Of a stretch of DNA of 44,437 nucleotides, positions 34,516 to 44,437 are shown in pieces. The stretch is from assembly GCA_944391005.1 (NCBI GenBank), contig CALXSB010000015.1:1-44437 (forward strand). The letters are read 5' to 3'. The notes beneath the pieces were generated by a model. That model had not been told where the DNA came from. It ran no database searches and saw only the letters and a list, made by a program, of their open reading frames with translations. The position numbers and the translations under genes were made by a program. The DNA is from an uncultured Rickettsiales bacterium. Lineage in GTDB: Bacteria; Pseudomonadota; Alphaproteobacteria; Rickettsiales; UBA1997. Position 1 is the stretch's first letter. Each line of letters begins with the position of its first letter.

Positions 34516-37500
34516 ATGGAAAATATCTTAAATAATGAAGTTATAGACGCAAAACAATTTATTGAAGATATAAATAATTTATCAGATTTTGATAAAAAAT
34601 TTTTTATAGCTGGAAAGTTATTTACTAAAGAAAATTCATATAAAAATAATAAAGCAATTTTAGATATAATTAATGGAATTGACAATGTAATTGTTAAACA
34701 TTATTTATATAATAATTTTAATACTGATTTTTTAGATCAAGATAAAGATGCAATAATTGAATCAAATGCAATAAAAAATACTATAATACAAAATATATAC
34801 AAACTAAATGATGATTATTTAAAAAAATATTGTATATCTGGTTTATTTGATTCTCAGAACAATATAAGAAAATTAACTTATGAGGATAAAAAACAGCTTG
34901 GAGAATTAGCAATAAATACTATTAATGATATACAAATGTTATCTGATTTAATAAAAGATAATAGTGAAATAATTGAATATGTTTCTGAACCATTATATAA
35001 ATTACAAGATAATGATAAAAAATTAAATCTAATTAAAATATTATTGGAACTTAATTTGACTAAAAGCAATAAACAGGCAATTAAAAGAGCGATAAACACA
35101 ATAGATGATGAAAATATAAAGTTTAATTTAATATCTGAAGCATGTAAAAAAGATATTTATTGCCTTAAAAAAGGAGAAGAAAAAGAAACAATTAATTTTA
35201 TATTAAAACAAGCAGATAGATTAACAGAAGAAGATAAAGCTTATTTTATTAGTAGATATTTTAAATTGCATGAAAAAGAAGCTATCGATAAAGTTGCTTC
35301 CATGTTGCATGAGGAATTTAATAAAAAAAATAATATTAATAGCAAATCAAATGAAGAAGAGGATAAAATGGATAAAGATGATTCCATTAAAAATGAAGAT
35401 ATAATAGATATAATAAATACAATAAATAGTGAAAGTATAAAATTTAAACTAATATTTGATGCCTACAAACAACATATTTATTGTTTAAAAACAGAGAACG
35501 AAACAGTTAATTATATATTGAACAAATCTTATGAAGGATTGACAGTAGAAGATGGTATTTTCTTTATAAATCAAGCAATGCACTGTAATAATTTAACTGA
35601 ATATAGCAAAAATAAAATTAAAGAATTTATAAATGGAATAATATATAAAAACAAACAATATGAGTTTGAATTAATATTTAATGCCTATAAGAATGGTATT
35701 TATTGTTGCGAAACTGATGAAGAAACGATTAATTATATTCTAAATAATTTTAAAGAAAGATTAACACAAGAAGATAAAGATTATTTTAATCTAAAATTAT
35801 CTTTATATAATGTGCATTATCTTGATTCTAAAGAAAAAATTGAAGATATTAAAAATAAAATAGAAAACATACAAAATGGACAAAATAGACTCAATTTACT
35901 ATTAAGACTTATTCATGTTGATAATGATATTGGTTATATAGTAAGACAATTAGAAGAAGACTGGCCACTATCAAAAAAAGATAAAGCTTATTTGGTTAAA
36001 GAATTATTGGAATCATATAGTTTGCGAATACATGAAATGAAAACAGAAACAAAAGAAAAATTTATAAAAGTAGCAAATGAAGTGGATAATCTAGAATTAA
36101 AAGTTGATTTAATATCAGCACTTTATAGTAAAGGTATTTATTGTTATAATAGTAAACAAGAAACTGAAAAACAAATCTTATCTGGTATTATTGGAATATC
36201 TAGAGAAGATTTAAAATGTTCTTTAATCAATAAATTGTTATCTAATATTAATAACATAGAAGGTGGTCGTTCTATTCTTAAAGAAGATTGCAATAGAAAT
36301 CTTATAATTAATGAAATAAACGAAATAAATAATAAACAAAACAAATTATTTTTAATATTAACGGCTTATGAAAATGGAATTTATTGTATAGGTGATGAGA
36401 AAGAAACAATTAAATATATAATAGATAATTATAATAATTTTTATCCATTATCAGAAGAATATTATAGTATTGTTGATAAAGCCAAAATTCAACTAAAAGG
36501 ATATCCTGGATATGAAGACCTCATGTTAACTGCTGAAGAACGAATAAATAGTATAATAGATAATACAAAAGATGAAAAAAGAAAATTTGAACTTATATTA
36601 GAAGCGTATAGATATAATATTAATATTCATTATTTTCGCGATGAAAAAGAAAAAATGGACTATTTATCAAATAAAATAGAAGAGTTAGGCGATGAGGATA
36701 AAGCTAGTAAAATTATTCATTGTTTAATGTTTTGTTGTGATAAAGAAAAAGCTTTAAAAGTTATAAATCCTGCAATGGAAAAAATAAAAAATAATAAACT
36801 AATTTTTGAATTAATTTTCAAACTTTATTTAAATGGCATTTATTATATAAAAAATAAAGCTGAAAATGATGATGGTAGAGATAATTCTGAAATTACAACA
36901 AGAAATTATATTTTAGATAATATTATAAATAATGATTTTATGGATGATAATGAAAAATATTATTATACGCTTACTATGTTCAATAATTTAGTTTTTAAAA
37001 ATGAAAATACACTAAACAGAATTTTTAGAGATATAAAAGATATTTGTCAACAGGGTATTACAGATGGTATAGCTCGTGGTAAAGATATCGGTCCACAAGA
37101 AGAGTATTTTCTTGTAGAAGAAAGTTCTGTGAAAAAATTTAGAGAAATAATATCTAGATTCAAAAATAATGAGTTAAAATACAATTTAATTAAAAAATTA
37201 AATACAAGTAATATATATGGAAACGATTTTTTTGAAAAACTTCTTGAACCGCTTACGGATAACAATATACCAGAAAAAAATAAACATGGTTATATAATGG
37301 ATATATTTGAAAAATATAATGATGATATTGAAAAAAATGAAAGAGAACAAATCATTAAAATAATATTTGACTTTAAAGATGAAAATCTTAAAACAAGCTT
37401 GCTCAAGAAAGCATCTGAACTTGGATATGATGAAGAAATATCACTTTATAAAGCAAATAGAATATCAGAAGAAATGCTTTATGACCTTTGCGAGAATGAC

Positions 37501-37962
37501 GATATAAAATATAACACATTTGAGGAATTAAAAAAAGATTTGTTTATTAGTGCTATAAACTTTAATAAAAATAATACAAGTGAAGATATATATGTTCAGC
37601 ATGAAAATATAAATAATTGTCCTACAAGTAATATATTAAAGAAAATTACTCAGAATTATATATATAATAATGAACTAAAGGATCTTCAAAAACTTTCAAA
37701 GGAATTTGATATTTTGAATGCTCAGGGAAAACAATTAGAAGAAATAAAAACAAAAATAGTTAATAAAATTCAAAATATGAAATTAGAAAGTAAAAATATA
37801 TTATCAAAATATCTAAATAAAAAATATAACCTATTTGCTAACAGCAGATCAAATATTAGTCCAACAAAGCTTAATATGGCTGAAAAAACAATGGTGGAAT
37901 TAATAAATGAAAGAAGCAATACAGATATTGGAACAAGAATGATTGATGCTATTAGTAAATAA
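34516..37962 (+). CDS. Large hypothetical protein with about 7 helical repeats (LI..AY..GIYC...ET..YIL)
   Basis: 1148-aa ORF with its own promoter and terminator; repeats visible in the translation. Confidence 0.8.
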   Translation: MENILNNEVIDAKQFIEDINNLSDFDKKFFIAGKLFTKENSYKNNKAILDIINGIDNVIVKHYLYNNFNTDFLDQDKDAIIESNAIKNTIIQNIYKLNDDYLKKYCISGLFDSQNNIRKLTYEDKKQLGELAINTINDIQMLSDLIKDNSEIIEYVSEPLYKLQDNDKKLNLIKILLELNLTKSNKQAIKRAINTIDDENIKFNLISEACKKDIYCLKKGEEKETINFILKQADRLTEEDKAYFISRYFKLHEKEAIDKVASMLHEEFNKKNNINSKSNEEEDKMDKDDSIKNEDIIDIINTINSESIKFKLIFDAYKQHIYCLKTENETVNYILNKSYEGLTVEDGIFFINQAMHCNNLTEYSKNKIKEFINGIIYKNKQYEFELIFNAYKNGIYCCETDEETINYILNNFKERLTQEDKDYFNLKLSLYNVHYLDSKEKIEDIKNKIENIQNGQNRLNLLLRLIHVDNDIGYIVRQLEEDWPLSKKDKAYLVKELLESYSLRIHEMKTETKEKFIKVANEVDNLELKVDLISALYSKGIYCYNSKQETEKQILSGIIGISREDLKCSLINKLLSNINNIEGGRSILKEDCNRNLIINEINEINNKQNKLFLILTAYENGIYCIGDEKETIKYIIDNYNNFYPLSEEYYSIVDKAKIQLKGYPGYEDLMLTAEERINSIIDNTKDEKRKFELILEAYRYNINIHYFRDEKEKMDYLSNKIEELGDEDKASKIIHCLMFCCDKEKALKVINPAMEKIKNNKLIFELIFKLYLNGIYYIKNKAENDDGRDNSEITTRNYILDNIINNDFMDDNEKYYYTLTMFNNLVFKNENTLNRIFRDIKDICQQGITDGIARGKDIGPQEEYFLVEESSVKKFREIISRFKNNELKYNLIKKLNTSNIYGNDFFEKLLEPLTDNNIPEKNKHGYIMDIFEKYNDDIEKNEREQIIKIIFDFKDENLKTSLLKKASELGYDEEISLYKANRISEEMLYDLCENDDIKYNTFEELKKDLFISAINFNKNNTSEDIYVQHENINNCPTSNILKKITQNYIYNNELKDLQKLSKEFDILNAQGKQLEEIKTKIVNKIQNMKLESKNILSKYLNKKYNLFANSRSNISPTKLNMAEKTMVELINERSNTDIGTRMIDAISK

Positions 37963-37985
37963 AAATAATAACCATCTATTTTAAC

Positions 37986-38014
37986 AAAACAGTCTATTAA
38001 AAATAGACTGTTTT
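37986..38014 (+). terminator. Intrinsic terminator
   Basis: aaaacagtctatt-aaa-aatagactgtttt, perfect 13-bp stem. Confidence 0.75.
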
Positions 38015-38101
38015 AATCTGCAAAAATAATTTTAAAAACTATTGACAAAAATATTTTATATACTATAAGTTGTATTAATTTCAAAAAGATCTTTTTTTAA
38101 T

Positions 38102-39019
38102 ATGCAACATTTTGGTATAATTAAAGGTTATTTTCTCGCAATAATAGCAGTTTTCTTTTGGAGTTTTAATGTTATAGTTTCAAAATACTTAGTAAATAGC
38201 ATGACGCCGTGGCAAATAGCCTTTATTAGGTGGTTTTTTGCTATGATTATTTTATTGCCGTTTACTTTAAAAGATATTATAAAATATAGAAAAGTGATTT
38301 ATAAAAATTCACTTTTAATATTGTTTATATCTGTTTCTGGTATAGTTTTATCAAATACTTTTATTTATATTGCGGGACATACAATATCTGCTATAGACAT
38401 GTCATTAATAAACATTACGGGACCTATATTCTTAGTTGTTTTGTCTGCAATATTTCTAAAACAGAAGATGAAAATTCAGCAGATTTATGGACTAATAATA
38501 ACCATAGTTGGTATAATAATTATTATAACAAGAGGCGACATAATAAATCTTAAAAATTTTAGTTTAAAGATTGGAGATTTTTGGACGCTTATGGCTGCAC
38601 TTACATTTGGTATTTATGGAACTCTTATGCTAAAGAAGCCCAAGGAATTACCAGAGATTGTTTTGTTATCTATAACTATAATAATAGCTGTAATAATGAT
38701 TTTGCCAATTTTTATATCCTCATTAGATTATAATCCTCTGAGTAATATGTCAAAAATTGATTGGGCTATAATGGTGTATATGGGAATTGTAAATTCAATA
38801 ATTACATACCTCTGTTGGAATACTGCATTAAATAAATTTGGAAGTGTAAAAATAAGCGTTATGTATTATTTGATGCCATTATTTAGCACTATTGAATCTC
38901 ATTTTATATTGGGTGAGAATCTTTCATTGGTTCAAATATATGGCGGATTTTTTGTCTTGTTGGGTATATTAATAATAGAATTTTATGGAAGTTATAAAAT
39001 TAAAATAGTTAGAGCTTAA
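38102..39019 (+). CDS. DMT/EamA family transporter
   Basis: About 10 TM helices in two EamA halves (FWS.N.I..K, AFIRW, YL.PLF...ILGE). Confidence 0.9.
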   Translation: MQHFGIIKGYFLAIIAVFFWSFNVIVSKYLVNSMTPWQIAFIRWFFAMIILLPFTLKDIIKYRKVIYKNSLLILFISVSGIVLSNTFIYIAGHTISAIDMSLINITGPIFLVVLSAIFLKQKMKIQQIYGLIITIVGIIIIITRGDIINLKNFSLKIGDFWTLMAALTFGIYGTLMLKKPKELPEIVLLSITIIIAVIMILPIFISSLDYNPLSNMSKIDWAIMVYMGIVNSIITYLCWNTALNKFGSVKISVMYYLMPLFSTIESHFILGENLSLVQIYGGFFVLLGILIIEFYGSYKIKIVRA

Positions 39020-39127
39020 TATTGCTGTAATGCGATATTGGATTTACGAAATAAAATAAAAACAATATATTGATTTTAATTTTTTAATTTATATTATTGA
39101 TGCTAGTTGGTTTTTAAAATAAACAAA

Positions 39128-39424
39128 ATGAAAAAACATATAGATGAAACTAGATTAAAAAAGCTTTGCAAGCTTGCAAGAATAGAAATTAAAACTGAAG
39201 AAGTTGAAAATTATCTAAATTTATTAAATAGTGATTTAGAAAAGCTTGAGGCCCTTGATGATATAAATACTGATGGTTTAGAACCGTTATCAAACCCATA
39301 TGACATGGTATTAAGACAATATCCAGATGTTGTCAGTGATGGAAACAAGGTGGATGATTTAATGAAATGTGCACCAAAAGAATTGTATAATTATTTTGTA
39401 GTGCCAAAAGTTATGGATAAATAG
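39128..39424 (+). CDS. gatC: Glu/Asp-tRNA amidotransferase subunit C (likely start ATG 39128)
   Basis: KLARI, D.NT.G.EP, AP.....FVVPKV; directly upstream of gatA. Confidence 0.92.
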   Translation: MKKHIDETRLKKLCKLARIEIKTEEVENYLNLLNSDLEKLEALDDINTDGLEPLSNPYDMVLRQYPDVVSDGNKVDDLMKCAPKELYNYFVVPKVMDK

Positions 39425-39436
39425 AGAGAGGTTGGA

Positions 39437-40903
39437 ATGGATTTAACAAAATTAACTTTATTGGAAGCTAAAAAGGGTTTAGAAGATAAAAAATTTAGCA
39501 GTTTAGAATTGACAGAAGAATTTATAAAGAATATAGAGAAGAATAAACGTTTAAACGCTTTTATAACGGAAACTTTTGATTTAGCTAGAGAAAGAGCAAA
39601 TGTTTCTGATGAAAAAATTGCAAAAGGCGTTGGTGGAAAGCTTGAGGGTTTGCCTATGGCCGTCAAGGATTTATTCTGCACAGATGGCATTAAAACAACA
39701 TCAGCCTCAAGAATGTTAGAAAATTTTGTTCCGCCATATGAATCTACTGTTACATCAATTCTTGATAAAGAAGGTTATGTAATGGTTGGTAAAACTAACA
39801 TGGACGAATTTGCATGTGGATCCACCACAAAAACAAGCTATTTTGGCTCAACTATTAATCCATATAAGGCTAATAATGATGATAGAGATTTAGTTCCTGG
39901 CGGTTCTTCTGGCGGTTCTGCGGCAGCTGTAGCTGCAAATATGGCTTTAGCTGCGACCGGTAGTGATACGGGTGGTTCAATTAGACAACCGGCAAGTTTG
40001 TGTGGATTGGTTGGAGTTAAACCAACCTATGGCAGAATATCAAGATATGGTATGATATCCTACGCTAGTTCATTGGATCAGGCAGGATTTTTTACAAAAG
40101 ATGTCAGAGACTCTGCTTATCTTACAGGGATGGTTAGTGGAAAGGATGACAAAGATTCTACAACTGTTGACAGGGAAGTTCCGAATTATTTGCAAAATTT
40201 AAATTCAAATATAAAGGGCAGAAAAGTTGGCATAGTTAAAGAACTTTTAAACCTTGGTGATAAATTAGAAAAAGACAATCAAATAGCTTTTAATAATGCG
40301 ATTGAAATTCTTAAAAAAGGTGGAGCTGAAATTGTTGAAATATCAATACCTACTATTGAGGCCACAGCACTTTTATATATGGTTTTGTCCTATACTGAGC
40401 TTGGTTCTAATTTAGCAAGATTTGATGGTGTAAGATTTGGCAGAAGAACTGAACAAGAAGTTAGATCTTTAGATGATTTATATTATAAGTCAAGAAGCGA
40501 AGGTTTTAATGAAAATGTAAAGAAAAGAATACTGCTTGGCTATTATTTATCTTCCTCTGATAACTATGAGAAATACTTTATAAAATCTCAAAAAATTAGA
40601 AGAAAATTAGTAAACGAATTTATTGAAGCATTTAAAAATGTTGATATAATTTTAACGCCTTCAACGCTTGGCACTGCTTTTCCAATAGAGCAAACTGCAG
40701 AAGAAATTGCAAAGGATAAGGATAGCAATGCTTTAAACGACTTTTTTGTATGCCCTGCAAATATGGCGGGATTGCCAGCCATAAGTGTTCCATTTACTCT
40801 TTCAAAAACTGGATTGCCAATTGGCATGCATCTGATAGGAAATTATTTTGATGAACAAAGCATGTTTGATTTTGCTTTGTTTATTGAAGAAAATAAAATG
40901 TAG
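39437..40903 (+). CDS. gatA: Glu/Asp-tRNA amidotransferase subunit A
   Basis: Amidase signature GKTNMDEF, PGGSSGGSAAAVA, GSDTGGSIRQPA; SNLARFDG.R.G. Confidence 0.97.
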   Translation: MDLTKLTLLEAKKGLEDKKFSSLELTEEFIKNIEKNKRLNAFITETFDLARERANVSDEKIAKGVGGKLEGLPMAVKDLFCTDGIKTTSASRMLENFVPPYESTVTSILDKEGYVMVGKTNMDEFACGSTTKTSYFGSTINPYKANNDDRDLVPGGSSGGSAAAVAANMALAATGSDTGGSIRQPASLCGLVGVKPTYGRISRYGMISYASSLDQAGFFTKDVRDSAYLTGMVSGKDDKDSTTVDREVPNYLQNLNSNIKGRKVGIVKELLNLGDKLEKDNQIAFNNAIEILKKGGAEIVEISIPTIEATALLYMVLSYTELGSNLARFDGVRFGRRTEQEVRSLDDLYYKSRSEGFNENVKKRILLGYYLSSSDNYEKYFIKSQKIRRKLVNEFIEAFKNVDIILTPSTLGTAFPIEQTAEEIAKDKDSNALNDFFVCPANMAGLPAISVPFTLSKTGLPIGMHLIGNYFDEQSMFDFALFIEENKM

Positions 40904-40907
40904 TTAA

Positions 40908-40960
40908 ATAGCATTATGGAGCTTTATAAAATAAAATTTATAAAGTTTCCTGCTGCTATA
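40908..40960 (+). terminator. Long hairpin after gatA, probable terminator
   Basis: atagca..ggagctttataaaat-aaa-attttataaagtttcc..tgctat. Confidence 0.5.
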
Positions 40961-41167
40961 TTTGGAATTATTTTATTTACCTAATAAATAATTTATTATA
41001 TCTCAAGAATTTATTGATTCTATAGTTTTTATAGAATATTTTATTAGTTTTATCATTCTTATTTAATGTAATAATGCTATATTCATTATGGTAAATTTTA
41101 AAAATTAAAATTGACTTTAAAGTATTTCGTTTTTAAAATTTTCAATAGCTTATAGGTGTTTAGTTAT

Positions 41168-42334
41168 ATGAGGATTTTATTTTATCAAAGAAGCGATGTC
41201 ATAAATAGCAGCGGTGGAACCGAGAAAGTTCTGTGTTTTTTATCATCAGAATTAGCAAATCTCGGTTATGATGTAATTTTTATGACGAATGAAAAAAAAG
41301 ATGGAAAACCATTTTTTCCGTTAAATAGTAAAGTAAAATTTATAAATATAGGCGGCACAAATTTTAGCGGTTTTAAAAAAATTTTATTTAAGTTAATAAA
41401 ATCAACGCCTTTATTGAAGAGATTTAAAGGTTTTGACAACTATAAATATACATCTGATGTAGTTTATAAAAATATTGAAGAAATTAAACCAGATTTAGTT
41501 ATATTGGCTAACCCGCAAGATTTAGTTGAATTATGCTATTCACATACTTATAATTTTCCAATTATACAAATGATTCATAATGTTCCATGGAATATTTTTG
41601 CTAGAAAATCAAAAAGTATATTGAAAATAACATTGGATTTGATGAAAAATGTAAAAGTTTGTCAAGTTTTAATGCCGAGCTTTGTTGAATTAATGAAGCC
41701 ATATTATGATGGAAAGGTTGTTGTAATTCCTAATTATGTTCCGGAGGTTGATGATAATCAGACTGTAAAATATAATGACAAGGATGTATATAAAATAATA
41801 AATATAGCAAGAATTAATCGTATAAAAAATCAGGAATTATTGATAAAAGCATTTTCTTTAATTGCTAATAAATATAAAAATTGGAATATAGAAATTTGGG
41901 GAACTCCGGACAAACGTTATATAAAAATACTTAATGAATTAATTAATAAAAATAATTTACAAAATAGAATATTTTTTAGGGGAAAAACAAAGGAGCCATT
42001 GAAGGAATTACAAAATGCAGATATTTTTGCTTTTCCTTCAATATTTGAAGGTTTTGGATTGTCTTTAACAGAGGCTATGGCTGTCGGATTGCCAAGTATA
42101 GGATTAAAAACTGCACCAGCAGTAAATGAGATTATAGTTGATAATGATAATGGATTATTATCTGAAAATACTCCAGAAGATTTTGCTAACAAGCTTGAGA
42201 TTTTAATTCTTAATAGAAAATTAAGAGAGAAGCTTGGAATTTCGGCAAAAGAATCTGTAAAAAAGTATAGCAAAGAAAAGATTTTAACAATGTGGCAAAA
42301 ATTAATAAAGGAGAGTTTATATGAAAATAGTTAA
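41168..42334 (+). CDS. Glycosyltransferase, GT4 family (likely start ATG 41168)
   Basis: GGTEKV, IPN, KNQ..LI.AF, FPSIFEGFGLSLTEAMA.G. Confidence 0.92.
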   Translation: MRILFYQRSDVINSSGGTEKVLCFLSSELANLGYDVIFMTNEKKDGKPFFPLNSKVKFINIGGTNFSGFKKILFKLIKSTPLLKRFKGFDNYKYTSDVVYKNIEEIKPDLVILANPQDLVELCYSHTYNFPIIQMIHNVPWNIFARKSKSILKITLDLMKNVKVCQVLMPSFVELMKPYYDGKVVVIPNYVPEVDDNQTVKYNDKDVYKIINIARINRIKNQELLIKAFSLIANKYKNWNIEIWGTPDKRYIKILNELINKNNLQNRIFFRGKTKEPLKELQNADIFAFPSIFEGFGLSLTEAMAVGLPSIGLKTAPAVNEIIVDNDNGLLSENTPEDFANKLEILILNRKLREKLGISAKESVKKYSKEKILTMWQKLIKESLYENS

Positions 42335-43391
42335 TGTAATGAGCAGTAAACAACTTGGTGGTGTTGAGCAAGCTTTTTTAGATTATAACGAAGCACTGTC
42401 TTTGATGGGAAATGAAGTTTTTGCTTTTTACGATAAAAGAGGAAAAATAAAAACCAGAATTAAAGAATTAAAGAATGTAAAATATAAGCCGTCAACATTT
42501 TTTAAACCAACATTTGTTTTATTTCCAATATATTTTGCATCAATATTTTCTATTAAACCAGATATAATAATAGTTCACAGTAAGGCTGTTCTTGGATTGT
42601 TTGCAACTATAGGTAAGTTATTAGGGATACCGGTCATTATTGTTTGCCATAATGAAAAAACGAAAGTCATAGGTATGGCAGATTATATGTTTTCAACTAC
42701 GCAATATCAAAAGGATATTTTTATAAAAGAAGGGTTTGATAAAAATAAAATATTTGTTATTCCTAATTTAATCTCTTATGATAGAAGTTTCAAAGAGTTT
42801 ACTGATTTTTCTAAACCACCAGTATTCGGCATAATTGGCAGATTTGATCCAATGAAAGGCTTTCCAATATTTGTAAAAGCTTGCCATGTTTTAAAAGAAA
42901 AATGTATAGACTTTAAAGCAAAAATTGCAGGAAGTCCTCAGTTGCAATATATAAATGAATATAAAAAAATTAAACGTTTAGTTAGAGGGTGCTGTTTAAG
43001 CGATACTATAGAATTTACTGGATGGGTTGATGATAAGGATGAATTTTACAACAATATAGATGTATTTGTTTTGCCATCAACATATGAACCATTTGGTATA
43101 GTTTTATTGGAAGCTATGTCCTATAGCAAACCCGTAATTTCATCATTAACTGAGGGTCCGAAAGAAATATTTGCCAATACAGATGCGGCTATAACATTTG
43201 AACCTAATAATGTTCAAGACCTTGCTGACAAAATGATTGAAATAATAAATAATCCAGAATTAGCAAAAAAACTAGCTAAAAATGGTTATGACCTAGTTGA
43301 AAAAAAATATAGTATTAATGTTGTTTCAAAAGAATTAAATAAAGTTATAACTGACATTGTGGAGAAAACTAATGCTAGTAGAAAAAAGTAA
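42321..43391 (+). CDS. Glycosyltransferase, GT4 family
   Basis: GGVEQ, GRF.P.KG, LPS.YEPFGIVLLEAM. Confidence 0.92.
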   Translation: MKIVNVMSSKQLGGVEQAFLDYNEALSLMGNEVFAFYDKRGKIKTRIKELKNVKYKPSTFFKPTFVLFPIYFASIFSIKPDIIIVHSKAVLGLFATIGKLLGIPVIIVCHNEKTKVIGMADYMFSTTQYQKDIFIKEGFDKNKIFVIPNLISYDRSFKEFTDFSKPPVFGIIGRFDPMKGFPIFVKACHVLKEKCIDFKAKIAGSPQLQYINEYKKIKRLVRGCCLSDTIEFTGWVDDKDEFYNNIDVFVLPSTYEPFGIVLLEAMSYSKPVISSLTEGPKEIFANTDAAITFEPNNVQDLADKMIEIINNPELAKKLAKNGYDLVEKKYSINVVSKELNKVITDIVEKTNASRKK

Positions 43392-44262
43392 TATAAAGGG
43401 TAGAATATCGTATAATGTAAATTTAGCTAAATATAGTTGGTTTCAAGTTGGCGGAAACGCCGATATATTATTTGAACCATATGATTTTGAAGATTTAAAA
43501 ATTTTTTTACAAAATGTAGATAAAAATATTCCCATCACTGTAATAGGTGGTGGGTCTAATTTATTAATTAGAGATGGCGGAGTTGAAGGCATAGTAATAT
43601 TATTGAAAAATAATTTATCAAACATAATTTTAAAAAATGATATAATTGAAGTTGAGTGTGGTAGTTTAAATTCTAAATTATATAATTTTGCAAAAGATAA
43701 TAATATAGCAGGATTTGAATTTTTGGGGACAATACCAGGAACTGTTGGCGGAGCAATTAGAGGTAATGCTGGTTGCTATGGATCGGAAATAAAGGATATT
43801 TTATTGTCAGTAGATTCTTTAGATTTAAATGGAAATTTTAAAAATTTTAGTCTTGATGAGTGTAATTTTCAATATAGAAAAAATGGTCTTCCCCATGATT
43901 TAATTTTTACAAAGGCTTACTTTAAAGCTGCCAACAAAGATTCTAAAAAAAATATTGAAGAAAAATACAGTGAAATGATTTTAAAACGAAATACAACTCA
44001 ACCACAAGGCGTAAAAACATGCGGATCAACATTTAAAAATTCTCCTGAAAAACCAGCTTGGAAAATAATTCAAGAATTGGGCTATCAAGGCAAAGAAATA
44101 AATGGTGCAAAAATGTCAGAAAAACATGCTAATTTTATGGTTAATACCGGAGTTGCAACCGCGGATAGTTTAGAACAATTAGGCGAATCAATAAGGCGAG
44201 ATGCTAAAGAAAAACAAAATATAAATTTAGAATGGGAAATTAAAATAATAGGAAAAAAATAA
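43372..44262 (+). CDS. murB: UDP-N-acetylenolpyruvoylglucosamine reductase (likely start ATG 43372)
   Basis: F.VGG.A, GGGSNLL.RDGG, IPGTVGGA..GNAG.YG, GSTFKN, SEKHANF, LEWEI. Confidence 0.96.
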   Translation: MLVEKSNIKGRISYNVNLAKYSWFQVGGNADILFEPYDFEDLKIFLQNVDKNIPITVIGGGSNLLIRDGGVEGIVILLKNNLSNIILKNDIIEVECGSLNSKLYNFAKDNNIAGFEFLGTIPGTVGGAIRGNAGCYGSEIKDILLSVDSLDLNGNFKNFSLDECNFQYRKNGLPHDLIFTKAYFKAANKDSKKNIEEKYSEMILKRNTTQPQGVKTCGSTFKNSPEKPAWKIIQELGYQGKEINGAKMSEKHANFMVNTGVATADSLEQLGESIRRDAKEKQNINLEWEIKIIGKK

Positions 44263-44268
44263 AATAAC

Positions 44269-44431
44269 TTTCTAGTCTATTTTTAGGTATGATTAATATA
44301 GGAGTAGGCTAGAAATTTAAGTGCGGGATTCATATAAGTTTGCAAAAGCAATCCTTTTGAGTTTTAAACCTAAAAGGTTCTGGACATGCTCAAAAGTTCC
44401 CGCACAAATATTTTCAAGTTTTGGTTGAAAA
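44269..44431 (+). other. Cluster of stem-loops after murB (unidentified structured RNA or REP/MITE-like element)
   Basis: 17-bp G:U-rich stem at 44269-44315; multibranch fold closed by gtgcggga/tcccgcac at 44321-44405; hairpin ttttcaa/ttgaaaa at 44411-44431. Confidence 0.45.
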
Positions 44432-44437
44432 CAACTA

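Noticed and set aside
3715-43625. The many 60-150-aa ORFs overlapping confident genes (e.g. 5595..5882, 16180..16626, 20828..21181, 41917..42273)
   Set aside because: These are antisense or alternate-frame shadows with F/L/S/I-biased composition and no motifs.
44321-44405. Group II(C) intron 5' end (GTGCG right after a stem-loop)
   Set aside because: GTGCGGGA pairs locally with TCCCGCAC, unlike an intron 5' end, and no other intron feature is visible before the window ends.
1-44437. CRISPR array, tRNA, rRNA, IS element, CtrA boxes
   Set aside because: No repeat-spacer periodicity, cloverleaf or transposase was seen by eye. TTAA-based motifs are uninformative at this AT content.

Overview
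Very AT-rich chromosomal segment from a host-associated alphaproteobacterium, probably Rickettsiales-like. This is inferred from alpha-type RpmE and RpoZ, LPS and peptidoglycan genes, an orphan GTA-type tail gene and several effector-like orphans. About 40 CDS, mostly housekeeping (rpmE, adk, rel/spoT, rpoZ, kdsA, comEC, frr-uppS-cdsA-pgpA, tsaE, pheS, lpxA, rbfA, slt, thyX, lpxC, gatCA, murB), in strongly shuffled order. No rRNA, tRNA, CRISPR array or transposase was recognised. Most striking: alanyl-tRNA synthetase is cleanly split into two separately translated genes (24517..25656 and 21479..23134). Between them lie a heptamer-repeat array, a GC-rich palindromic element and a translationally coupled HEPN-MNT-GNAT cassette. 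Mfd also lacks its N-terminal ~380 aa, which suggests gene fission recurs in this lineage. Other notable items are a CE-clan (Ulp1-like) protease, two antitoxin-less zeta-type kinases, a 1148-aa novel repeat protein, a chlamydial-type arginine decarboxylase, a tandem ArsR regulator next to a CxxC membrane protein, and an unexplained structured element after murB. All family calls come from motif recognition by eye; no searches were run.
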